In this document: positions 49,492 to 61,088 of the stretch, piece by piece
Layout of the letters: the number at the start of each line of letters is the position of its first letter
Position numbering within the stretch: the first letter of the stretch is position 1
Source of the DNA: Lama glama
Lineage: Eukaryota
DNA: 64,000 nt
Assembly (NCBI GenBank): GCA_028534125.1
Contig: CM052817.1
Coordinates: 84,260,001 to 84,324,000, forward strand
Direction of reading: 5' to 3'
Notes under the pieces: generated by a model
What the model was told of the DNA's origin: nothing
The model's database searches: none
Seen by the model: only the letters and a program-made list of their open reading frames with translations
Position numbers and translations under genes: made by a program

Positions 49492-49515
49492 GGCGGCGGC
49501 GGCGGCGGCGGCGGC
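49492..49515 (+). repeat. (GGC)8 trinucleotide repeat
   Basis: Directly visible, preceded by GCGGCGGT. Confidence 0.97.
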
Positions 49516-49803
49516 TGCAGGACGAGCCGAGAGGCTCAGCCATATTTGATGGTTTTGTTGCTTTGCTCGGGAGTTCTCGGGAGTAATTTAATGCCGAAGG
49601 TCGCTGCCTAGTGGAAATAATATAGTACGTCATTAATATGGCGCCAAAAGATTGGGTCCTCGATATGTAGCGAGGAGGGAGGGCAGGCAGCCGCCAAGCG
49701 CAGCGTTACTATCCCACCAGTAACTTGGGCATTGCTGGGGCGGGGGCCAAAGGAGGAGGAGAGGATGATTTTTGGATCCTGAGAATTGATCTATGTTGGG
49801 TCA
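49500..49803 (+). other. JADE1: Candidate alternative non-coding first exon (1b); start uncertain
   Basis: Consensus donor TCA|GTAAGT (GT at 49804) followed by a sharp switch to T-rich intron-like sequence. YY1-like motifs typical of TSS-proximal UTRs. Confidence 0.55.
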
Positions 49804-51623
49804 GTAAGTTTTATTATGATTATATTTCAATTTTTGGGGGGCGGGTGAAGACTTAGAGCTTTTTCTTCTGGTTTTGCGAAGAACATGGGATTTTCAGATG
49901 AATCATAAAATTAAACGTATTCGGGAGCAGAAGCCCAGTTTAGTTGGCTTTAGTTTATAGCATTTTTAGAAAAGCCAAAGTGTATTACTAGGTTGCATGA
50001 AAGTGGAAAGCATAGTAGCAACTTGGTAGACAGATGGCAATGGCAGAACGCAGGTCCGCGTACATATATGAATCCAGAGTGTGTGTGACCGTGCGGGGGG
50101 AAGGGGAGAGGGACGACGACTGTATTTGTCCAAACATAGGTGTGTGTGTATAGGTATATCTGTATAGGGTGGCCGCAGCCCTGGCTCTTGTCACCGCGTC
50201 ACCACATGTCCAAAATATTCATTACATCAATTCAAGGGCAGTGAGCGGGGGTGGGGGGTGAGGGACAGCTTAGCAATTAGATTCTTCCAAATTGGATTTC
50301 CAATGATCAAACCTTTTACTTACAGTGGGACCACCTGTGAAGTGAAAAGCCCTTCATCGGTGAAATAAGGAGGGAGTTGCTTTGGTAGAGCAAAGTACCG
50401 ATTAACCATGAACTTAAAACGGATTGCAAATTGCAACCTTTGGCACCGTCTGCAAATTGTGGGGGTGTCGCTTGGTCTTCACTGCCTGAAATGAACGTGC
50501 AGTGTGCACCCCGGGACTGCAAGTTGCAAAGCCCTTCAGTGCACGTGTCTTGTGCCTGTGAGTGTGTATTTGTGAGTTGGGAGCTGTTGTTCGGTAGCCA
50601 GCAGGCTTTCCGGGTTGTTGGCGCTGGCTTGCAAATGCGGGAGAGGGATGGAATGTGGAATGTTGACCGGGGAACCGAATCCTGTCGGAACGGTCCCATT
50701 TGCTGGAGAAATTCGATCCCCTCCACCTCCTTCCCGCTCTCCCCCGCCCGCCTGCGGGTTGGAGGCGGGGCCGAGGACGCCGCTGCTGCTCAAAGTGGCG
50801 GAGCGCGGCGGCGGGAGGCAGGTGCACGGCACCCGCCAGTGGGGGTGCTTCAACTTCCGCGGGCGTTTAAATAGCAGCCTCTCTCCCCTCCCACCGGTAA
50901 TAGGTGACCTGGCGGCCGAGGGCGGCGGGGCGGAAGGGACGGGGGAGACCCGGGAGCGAAGCTTCGCGGCACGTGGGCAGGTGCTGGGTGGCCCCGGGGC
51001 CAACTTTTGTGGCCCGCCTCTGGCGTTGGAGGAGAGGCGGCTCCATGTGGAAATGGGGGCAGGCGGCGGCTGAGGCGCTTTCTCCGCCGCGGCGGGAGCG
51101 TCACTTAACGGTCCCAGCAGCGCCGCCGGGGCCCGGGGTGGGGGTATTCGGGGGCGGGGACGCCAGCCCACCGCGCCCGCGCCGCGGGAACCCCGCACAA
51201 AGCCCGCGGCGCGGGGGCGGCCACCGCGCCCCCGCCCAGGGAACGGCCCGAAGCCGGTCGCCATCCCCGTGGTGATTCTGGCGGGCAGGCGCAGGCGTTT
51301 GTTTGTTGGTTCCGCGCCGCCTTCCTCGCCGGATGGCTTCCTGTGACAGAGGTGATACACAGTTTCCAGAACTGTCTGGGGGCGGGAGCGGGAGCCGAGC
51401 CCGCTCGGGGCTGCTCGCCGCCGCCGCTCCCATAGCACAACCGTTTCTCGCCGGCGAGCCCGCCCCAGCCCTTAGGTGCCGCCCGGGAGGGACTCGGGGA
51501 GGGGGACGGCGCGGCCGTTTCCAGAGGCTCAAGTGGCTTCTGGACGCGAGGGAGCATTTGATTTGCAATTGGGGCCGAGCGGATTGGTGCAGCTGGCGGC
51601 GGCGGGGCGGGAGGAGCGGCGGT

Positions 51624-51644
51624 GGCGGCGGCGGCGGCGGCGGC
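51624..51644 (+). repeat. (GGC)7 trinucleotide repeat
   Basis: Directly visible, preceded by GCGGCGGT. Confidence 0.97.
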
Positions 51645-54600
51645 GGGGGGGTGGCCACTTTCAAATGGAGAGGGCGGCGGCGGGGACGCCGCTGCGGAGA
51701 AAGCGGGGCTTGGTTGCGCCACGAGAAGGTGTCATCACTGCATCGGGGCTAATTCCGGCGGAGGTGCCGGGAGTTACTTTCCCCTCCTCCCGCGCTGTTG
51801 TTTCTGTCGCCTTGGGAGGAGGAGAAGGAGGGAGGGAGGAGGGGGGCGGCGCCGCCGCGCTGAGCCGGGCCCTGCGCAAACCCCGGCGGGCGGCGGCGGG
51901 AGCCGCGCGGTGCGTTCTTCGGTGCAGGGCGGCGGCCCAGCTCGCCCCTCCCCAGGATCCCCCCTTTCCTGGGGTCCTCAGTTTTCTGTCTCCAACCCAC
52001 CCACACTCTCCCCCCTTCCACATTGGCTTCACGTCCCTGGGTCCTCCGCCCTGGCTCTCGGCGCCCCAGGTTCCCCCCTCCCCACCCGTCCCTCCCCTCC
52101 CCAGCCTTCCCCCTGTCTCTGGGCTTTCCCACCCCGGGCTCCCCCACGCGGGGGCGGCCGCAGTCCCGGCGCCCGGTGAATGAAGCGAGCAAACAAAAAA
52201 GCGGGCGATTTAAACGTGCCTTCGAAACCCGTTAGGAATGCGTCGTCACCCGGAGACCGTTTAAAAGCAGCTTTGGCTGGCTTTCTAATAACGAGGAGGC
52301 AGGCGCCCCACCTCGCCACGGCGGGGGCGAGGGTCTGTCGCTCTCTGTTTACCACAGCCAAGGGGGAATTTAAATTTTCTTTTTGTAAAATGATAGCTGC
52401 AGTTGAATGACTTAAAACGGCTACAATTTTGGGGATTGAAAGAATCTGAAGTTTCCATTAAGGAGAATGCTTAGGGGCTTCTTTCCCAAAGGTTTTTATT
52501 AGGTGAACTATTTTTCCTTTTTAGAAAACCCACTGTGAAAGGCTAGCTCTCTAGTTACTTGTAGCTCAAGGCTAATACCTTTCAAAGTTAATGAACTAGT
52601 TTTAAGATACATGATTTCTCTGGAAGCTGATTTAGGTAGTGATCCACTAATGGTTAGAGAATTACTATAGTAAGTTGTATTTGATCAAATCACAGCTAAT
52701 CAAGATTTAATCATTTATAGGTGGAGAAAAGAAGTGTTCAGTGTAACCCTGTTTACACTGACAACACTTTTGATACAATAATATGTTGTAGTAGACTGGG
52801 CAGCACACATTGGAGAGATGCATAGGATGTTCTGTGGGTGACACTTTCTAGCAAGTACCCGCAACCCAGAATTCCTAATGCCTTTTTGTCCCAAAGGTTT
52901 CAGTCTCTTCTAATGTCACTTTTAAATCCGATGACTTTTTAATCGTTTGGTTATTTTGCCTTCTTCCCTAAGTATGTATATTTTTATGTATGTATCTGAC
53001 CTGGCATATTTCATTATGACTTTTTAGCCATTTAAGTGTCACGTATCTACCTTCCTCCAAACACCAGCCAGAGATAAAGGGAGTTGCTTGAACATGCAGG
53101 GGTACTTGAACTTGATTCCATTTTAAGGTCATAGGCTGCTTTCTAACAAGAAAAGTTGAGTGGGATGCCGCAGATTTTAAATGTGACAAGGGTAGATATA
53201 TGTTCATTTAAAAAGATCCCCCACTCTCACTTATTAGTTCCTCCTCCCTCACTTGACAGGTTTTCAACCTATAGATGAGTGTTTTAGTTTTATATTAGTT
53301 ACCAAGGCTGAAAGAGTAGTATAAAGGGAAGATAGTGAGAAATTGAGGTCTGCCTGAGACCAGGGAGAAAAAACTTTGGAGTTTAAAGAAATGTTACATT
53401 GTAGAAACAAACCATTGCTTAGCTGAGAGACTTTGGGAAGAAGAGTTAACTTGGTGAGAGTAAAAGCAGATGTCCTTGTGTCTCACCTTCATAAATAACT
53501 GATTTTTGACTTTAAGGAGCCCTTAGTGGCCTAAAGTATTATTACAGAAGTGGTGTTACATGTACATTGTTGAAAATTAGAAATTACAGAGGAGCAAATA
53601 TAACACATTTCTACCACCTACAAATCATCATTGTATTGTTCTCCAGGTAATTGTGTATATGTATGTATGTTTTAATCAAAATGAGATCATACTGTATATA
53701 CAGTTGTGTGAGGAGATTTTCTTTTCCTGTTAGCTAGCTTTCATTTCATCTATTATTGGGACATAATCAGGTTTCCTCTTGGCCCCAAAATATAACAGCA
53801 GCTTTGTCTGAAACAGTGTCCAGTCAAGGATTGTTTACTGCATCTGGTTGTTTCCTGTAAGGTTTTAATCTGTAGTGACTTTTTGATAGAACTGACATTG
53901 AGGAGGCGTGCCTTTGGAATTAATCATGACTGGACTTTAAAATCCTATTTTGATTCCAACTTTTTAATTGTAATTTGGAAGTCTGATTTGTAGATTATCT
54001 GTTTGAAAACTAAAGAAATTTGCTTGATGAATGTATCCACAGACTTGTTGGAAAGAGTTATCAACTGTGTTTGTGTTTCAGTACTGAGGTGGTTGGGAGA
54101 GCAAACATCAAGATACCAAACACTGACCATATCCTGTATCTTTAGGGTTTGTCAGGAGTGAGAAGGTGGCATATGACTCACAATTCTGCCTGCTTCCTTG
54201 CTTCCCTGTTGGTGAAGCTCTTCTCGTTCAGGATTATGGGGCATCTGTTAGACTGTTACAGTTAACGGTCCATCAGAATTTGCATTATAAGCCCAGTTTT
54301 CCCACATGGTTAATAAAATAGATATCCTCTGGAGGAAAATATGACATCTTAGCCAATATTATGCTTTGTTTTTGGATTGACATTAAAAAGTTTGGCTTGG
54401 TTGTTCAAACAGTGGGAGTTATACCAGTGTTAAACTTAAAAAAATTTTTTTTAATTGAGTTATAGTTTAAACTTCTTTCCTCACCTTCCTGTTCAAGCCT
54501 GTAAAAGAATACTGTCACCATATTCAACTATATATGTATATATATATTTTTATTTTAAATAAAGGCTGTCTTTACTTGGAGTTGTTAGTTTCTTAGATGG

Positions 54601-55405
54601 TATCAGGAACCTTAATTGGAAAAGTGTTTTAGTTCCTGAGATAAGTCGTTCCCTTAAATTTTAGTGTTCAGTGTATTTTCTCCATTTTCAAGATTTTGCA
54701 GCACTTTATGTTATCTTGTATTTAAAATTTGGACAATTAATGTGTTATTTGCAGTATATGTTATTTCAGAAAGTTGAGACTTAACTGAAAGAGTCTATTG
54801 CCATTTGCCTGGTGTACTTACACAAAAATATTACTCTTTGATCATGAGGGATATATATTTTGATGTTTTCACAGTTGGTGGGCTCTGATGGAGTAAGTTA
54901 ACTCTGCATTCCTAATAATGCAAGAGTGACCATGGAGGGCCTTTTTACCTTTGAGTCGAAGTGGCATCTTGTCTTAAGTTTAGCTCGGATTGAGTGTCAT
55001 GGAACAGAGAGAAAATCTAGTTTGAGAGGATACTGATCCTGACTCTTGGCAGTGTTCTTGTGGCCTAGCCTTATCTAGCCTAGTCCTTGAATAATTATTG
55101 AGGATGTCTTTCCTCTCCTGAATGCAACAAAAATAGATTGCCAGAAATGGAATGGAAAGCTTAGTAGCTGGGCAAGAGATGGGATATTTCCATTTTTGAG
55201 TCCTTTGTTAATGCTAGACCAGTAGTATATGATGTGCACTTAGCAAATGTTCAGGGAACCCCTACGTCTTCCCCTTCGCAAGGACTAACTTTTCATGAAT
55301 ACTCTAAAACCAGTCCAATATTTACTTTTTGCTTTTGATTTCTTGGGTGGAGTTATGACATAATAAGGTGATTGAGGACAGTAGAAGTAAGTTTATTATT
55401 TACTT

Positions 55406-55577
55406 GAGTAAAGGTAGATTTATTTAGAGAGATACGCACTGAATAGAGTGCAGGCTGTTTCAGAAGGCAAGAGAAAGGCCACAAGGTGTGGGGATTGGAA
55501 GCTCAGGTTAAAGTAAAAGTAGATACACACTCCATAGACAGAGTGCGGGCCGTCTCTGAAGACCAGAGAGAGAGGCC
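55406..55577 (-). mobile_element. Short LTR R-region-like retrocopy (two related subunits) with L1-type TSD
   Basis: TSD TTATTTACTT (55396-55405, 55581-55590; extends to 12/13 bp with one indel). Minus-strand AATAAA (55419-55424) lies 13 nt from the end. Homologous to 14275-14338. Confidence 0.75.
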
Positions 55578-56427
55578 TATTTATTTACTTCTAAAGCTTT
55601 AGGTTCTTTTGGACTTACTTGTTGAAGGAATTAAAACAGAATTTTCTCTTGTTTTTGGAAGTACTCCCAATTGTCAATAATAAGTACCTTTTAATATCGA
55701 TCATTTAATGTCTGCACAGGAGATCTTATTAATTTGAAAATTAATGACTGCTTCTAAGACAGTTTCTAAAGAGTTATTTTAAGTGAAGTTTGAAAACTTT
55801 TACTACTAATGCAGGGTAAACAGCAAGAATTGGCAAGGTTAACAAGTTGCTGGAGTTTGAGCTGTGTGGCTTGCTTTTGTTTAGCACAGAGTACTCTTAA
55901 TGTGATTTAAGATTTTTCTTGATTACTCATGGTCATTTTTATCAGCATTAATTATTTCAGTGTTGAAATACAATGATGCACTTAAGAGGTGTAGGCTGAG
56001 TACTGGTGGCTTGTAGCTTTTTTAAGGTCAAGGACATTTTTGAGATCCAAAACCTGTGGAACCTCTTCCTCAGAAAAAGCAGGTTGCACTGAAATTTTCA
56101 TGTCATTTCAGGGTTTGGATGAATACCTTTAAGTGCATCCTTGGATTCCAGTTTAGTATTTAAATTCTGGTGAATTCTTTTTTTTTTTATCACTATTAAC
56201 CGTGTATTATAGTAAACATGCCTGCCTACAACATTTTTCTGCTTATTGGTTACTGGTTTGAAAATCAGATAAGCATGTTAGAAGTTACAAGTTAGTACTA
56301 TATGCTGACCCCAAGTAGGAGCCTCAGGGGTTTTCTTTTGAGAAAAATTCATGGGTTTCTAGACATGGCCTTTATTTAAGTCACTTAGAGAACACCCTCT
56401 CCTTACTGCCAGTGTATTGATTTACAG

Positions 56428-56729
56428 CAAGGATCAGTAAACTTTTTAGTAGAGGGCCAGATAGTAAATATTTTAGGCTCTGTGGGCCTGATGGTCTCTG
56501 TTACAGCTGTTCAGCTCTGCCACCATAAGTGCGAAAACAGTGGACACAAGAGGTAAATGAATGAACATGGCTGTGTCCCAATAACACTATTTACAGGCAG
56601 TGAAATTTAAATTTTGTATGATTGTCTGGTGTCATGAAATGTTCTTTGATCCCTTCTCCCTAAACCATTTTAATATGTAAAAACCATTCTTAGCTCAGAG
56701 GCTGGACAAAAACAGGCTGTGGACCCCTG
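56428..56729 (+). mobile_element. MER58B-like hAT-Charlie element
   Basis: CAAGGATCAGTAAACTTTT..AGGGCCAGATAGTAAATATTTTAGGC...GACCCCTG. Imperfect 8-bp TSD ATTTACAG/ATTTATAA. Confidence 0.88.
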
Positions 56730-59700
56730 ATTTATAATGAGACACAGCATTACCTGGTCATTGGATTGTTTCTGTTGGGACTGAATTCCCCTTCTGATAG
56801 GAACCTGAAATAACAGCTTGAAGTCAGAAGTTTGTTTGATAAATAGGGAGGGATCTGGCTAGTCTAAAGGCTGTGGCTCTTAACTCTGGTTCCTTGATCC
56901 CCTCTGAGGATAGGATGTGTGACATGGGATCCTGTGTACCTAGGAAAGCACAACCAGGTAGTCACACCATGCAGGGGAGCCAGGCAGAGAAGCCCTGTGT
57001 AAGGGAATGTACATTGTAACCTGGGGATCCCTACAGAGGCAGATAACCTCTCTCCAAGTAGGGTGTGTGTGTTATGCCAATCAGAAGTTAATGTCTGCTG
57101 CTCAGGGGATTCATAACCCTGTGATAGTGTTTGGGGGATGACTAGCACATGCCCCTTCCTGCTCTACCTTTTGTACACTTCACCGGTTAAAATGGCATTT
57201 GCAACCATCTTCCCATCAGCTTGCCAGGAAACTTTCAGGTTCTAAGTTAACAGACTATCGTTTATTGAGTACATTTTAGTTGTCTGCTCCCTGTTAACAT
57301 ATAAGGCATGGCCTTAATATTAAAGATAACCTCTTTCTAAATCCTAGTAGGTGTCTAGTGGGAGGCCCGTGCAGGCACCTGGGGGGAGGTGGGTGTCACA
57401 ATAGGGCCACCCACCTTGAGAACTGGTCTTTGGTTCAGCCACTGGCTTTGCCCTAGACCTGTCTGCATCTTTACTCTTGCTGCTTAACCTCTCCAGAATT
57501 CATTGTATGTACTTGCCTTTAACATTAGGAAAGGTAAATTAAATTATCTTTAAAATGTTTTCTAGTGCCACAGTTATGGTTTTATGGGTTTCTTTGGGGA
57601 GGATTTCCTGTAGACATAATCCATGGTTGAGACTCTTTTCAGCTTTAGCCTCAGAGAATACTTTCCAGACCTTGGTGCTAGGTTTTGAGACTGTCTTATG
57701 TTTCCATGACCATAATAAAGACTTGTACAATTGTGATGAAATATTTGTTTTCGTATGTAATTCAGATGATGTGTAAATGGAGTTTTTGTTAAGTGTGCCA
57801 TCTAGGTCTTCTAATGTACGACATTGGGAATCTGACTTTTTTTTTTAAACAGTACTTAAAAAATTTTTGGTGACTTAACATTGTTAGTGGTAACTGATAG
57901 TTTCTGACAACCGGCTATAATCAAGGAACAAAGTTCCTCAGAACAGCTGCATTTCAGTCTGTGTGCAGTGTAATTGTCGTTAGCTGGTTGAGTCTGGTTT
58001 CTGCAGAAGCTGCTTTGTATATCCTGTATAAGAACATCTGGTTTGAGCATTTAAAAATCTTTTAAAATTACCCTGTAGTCACTTTGCATTTATTGGCTTA
58101 TTCTTCCAAGGGTGGAATAAGGAGGTGTAGACTACTTTCCTATCCTTATCTTTACCTTTGTTTCGTTCAGAAACCAACTCCTAACTAACGCTTTTCTAAA
58201 GTGTTATTCTTCAGTGAACTTAGAGTTTCACCTGAAGATTTGCACGTGTGTGTGTGTGTTTGGTGGGGGGGGTAAATAAGAATTTGGTTCAGAGACCACC
58301 CCCCCAGGGCAGAATGGAACACATCTGATTTCAGTGAAGTGCTTTAGAAAAATGTATTTTCATATATTCTGAAGAGATTGGTTTCACCTTTTCCCTGGTA
58401 AATTGTCAAAAAGTATAAAAAGGACCTACGGGGCAAATATCTCACAAATTCTGACTGGGTGATAGCACTGTGTTAAGGAGGATTCTGAAGTCATGTCTGG
58501 GCTTGTAGGAAAAAAGAATGACCTAATTTATTAACCATGCCTGCCATTGGTAGAGGAGGAAATAGAGTATTTGGTAAACATCTCTGGAATGTAGCTTTTT
58601 TAAACTTTTTTTCCCAAAAATAGTGCTGCTCTTGAAATGGATAGGAAGTTGAGTATTTTTTAAGGGTAGTTTAAACTCTTGTTTTCCTGTCTGGATTAGT
58701 TTTCCTGTTCTTACTGCATATACTTTTAGTGACCTGCTACTGGCATTGGCTATTCTTATGTTTTTAAAACTTTTGCTTTTGAAGTAAATAATGAATGGGT
58801 GATAATAGCACTTTATGGCATTATCCTATTACCTTTTCTGTTTTTTTTTTTTTCCTTCCCTCCTGCACTATTTCATCAGGTATTCTTTTGAAGCAAGGCA
58901 AGCCTTTGATAGCCCATCTCAGGAAGGAGGTGGGGTATACATAGTTGATTTGATGGCTGCTCATTTTAGGCTGGATTCTGTGTGGGGCCAAGAAGTTGTG
59001 CTCCCAGGGTCTTTTGTAATATGATGAGGAGCAGGGAAGGAAGGTTTTGGATTTTAAGTCTTTACTATTATAAATAGAGTAGTACAGGATCATGGTAAAA
59101 AAAAATTAAAATCATGTGAAAGGTCATACAGAGAAGTAAAAGTTTAAAAGGTCCCAAACTAGTCTATCTGGAACACTTAAGTCAAATTTCTTAGAGATAA
59201 ACACTGTTAACTTTAATGTTCTTCCAGAAATTTTCCATGAGTATGCAAGCAATTGGTGTATATATTCTCTTCCCTCCTCTTTTATATATAAATGGGCCAA
59301 ATTTCAGGTTTTTTCCTCTACAGTTTGCTGATGATAAGTTTTCAGCATCTTCCGTATCTGAGCATATAGATCTAACAGAAAGGAGTTCTTAATAGATGGA
59401 AATAGGGATAGAAGCTCGAGATTGGAGGCCGTGCTGACTTATTGCCTTTACTGTTTGGGGCTGTATTCATTTACTCCCATGTAAAGGGGAGTTAACAAAA
59501 ATATATTCCAAATACAGATGATTGGGGTGTTTTGTCATAGCTGCTCTTCAGGTGCTGGCTCTAATTGAGTCAGTAATTACAGAGACCTGGGAGGGGTTTA
59601 ATAGATTGTTTTAGGGCACATAAGCAGGGATTGGGTTATTTACAAATTGGCAAATGGGAGCTGCCTGTGAGTCATTCAGAACCACTCATTTGTAAATTCC

Positions 59701-60803
59701 TTGAAATCTTGAAAAATTCTTTTATTGACTTTTAAGGTCTGAGTTTAAAAATAGTTTGTAAAGAATTTATGGTGAACTAATGTGTAATTTGGGCTTTATT
59801 AGTAACATAGGAGTAAATATTGCATTTATTATCTGGTCAGTTCTTACGATATTTTTGAGGTGGTTATTTATTGCTAATACAAACTCTTCAGCTGAATATT
59901 TTCAAATATGATGTCTTTGCAAAGGCTTTATAGTAGCTTGGGCAGCATTTCCTTTTAAACAAATTTTGATGTATGACATTATAAAGGACACATTTTTAAA
60001 AGTTCCATTTTTCTAGGTTAAAATATTTAGACAAGGTTAAAACTTCAACACTTAAGAGCAGAGCAGTTTGTCAGTTAAATCAAGTCTATGACTACTTTTT
60101 TGACCAGATGTAAATAACTTCTTGGTTAAAGTGAGAAATCTGGGTTTAAGTTATAGTCACACTAGTATTTTTAGACTCTGAGCATATGAATTAGTGTTGT
60201 CAATTTGAAAACTTACTATCTAGGCGATTGTTTGCTTTAAAAACTGAGGTAAGAAATCAGCTGGATTTCCTTCACATGCATTTAGGGACAGGAGGTTACT
60301 GTGAAGTATAGGTCATTATTATTTTTGGGTACTTTGTTCCACTGGGTGCTGTATACTCCATAGAAGTCAAAAAGATGACCTATTAAGACAATGTAAATCT
60401 CTTCATGGGGAAAGTAGTTCATGACCAGTAACTTAGGACTCAAATTATTAATTACATAATGTTTAGAAATAATTTTCAAATTGTGTGAACTTAGCAAATA
60501 GAAACAGCTCATTATAAAATACTTTTTATATAAAGACTGCTTGGTGTCTGAAAATATGTTCTTCAATATATGTTTTTGTAATACACATTTTCTAAATACG
60601 TTTAAAAATATAGTATGTTTAAGTATTAGATTACTAACTTTGGCAGAGAATGGAGGGACACCTATACATTTAAAGGTAAAGTAATGGAAGTTATTCTAGT
60701 TAAAGGTTAATTAGATATTGAAGTGAAACATCTCTTTCTATATAGCTGAGTGAGCATAGGATATAGTTTATGTACAGGAACTCAGTCATTCATCCCATAG
60801 GTT

Positions 60804-61088
60804 TTTTGTTTTTGTTTTGAAGCATATTTGGATCCGATATGTCAATTTCTAGTGTACAGCATAATGTCCCAGTCATGCACATATATACATATATTCATTT
60901 TTATATTCTTTTTCATTAAAGGTTATTATAAGATATTGAATATAATTCCCTGTGCTATACAGGAAAAAAAAAGGACACTAATGAACTCATCTACAAAACA
61001 AACAGACTTGCAGACATAGTAAACAATCTTATGGTTACTGGGGGAAAGGATAAATTTGGGTGTTTGAGATTTGCAAATGTTAGCCACT
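60804..61088 (-). mobile_element. Short L1 3' UTR insertion with 5' inversion
   Basis: ~60804-60962 is an antisense L1 3' end with T tail. ~60963-61088 is an upstream 3' UTR piece in sense (AATGAACTCATCTACAAAAC...). TSD ATAGGTT at 60797-60803 and 61089-61095. Confidence 0.85.

Larger units (their letters stand above)
48990..52340. promoter_or_regulatory. JADE1: CpG island / multi-start promoter, probably of JADE1
   Basis: Abrupt rise in GC and CpG content, free of repeats. GC boxes, reverse CCAAT boxes (51568-51572, 51583-51587), CRE-like TACGTCAT (49626-49633), YY1-like AATATGGCG (49635-49643). The island itself is certain; the gene name is from recall. Confidence 0.85.

Noticed and set aside
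50880..52185. Additional alternative first-exon donors (e.g. AAG|GTGTCA ~51729, CCG|GTGAAT ~52177)
   Set aside because: Plausible but weak matches to the donor consensus; cannot choose among them without transcript data.
48939..52410. Many overlapping long ORFs (up to 300 aa) on both strands
   Set aside because: Low-complexity Pro/Arg/Gly/Ala translations are expected from stop-poor GC-rich CpG-island DNA; no recognisable domain.
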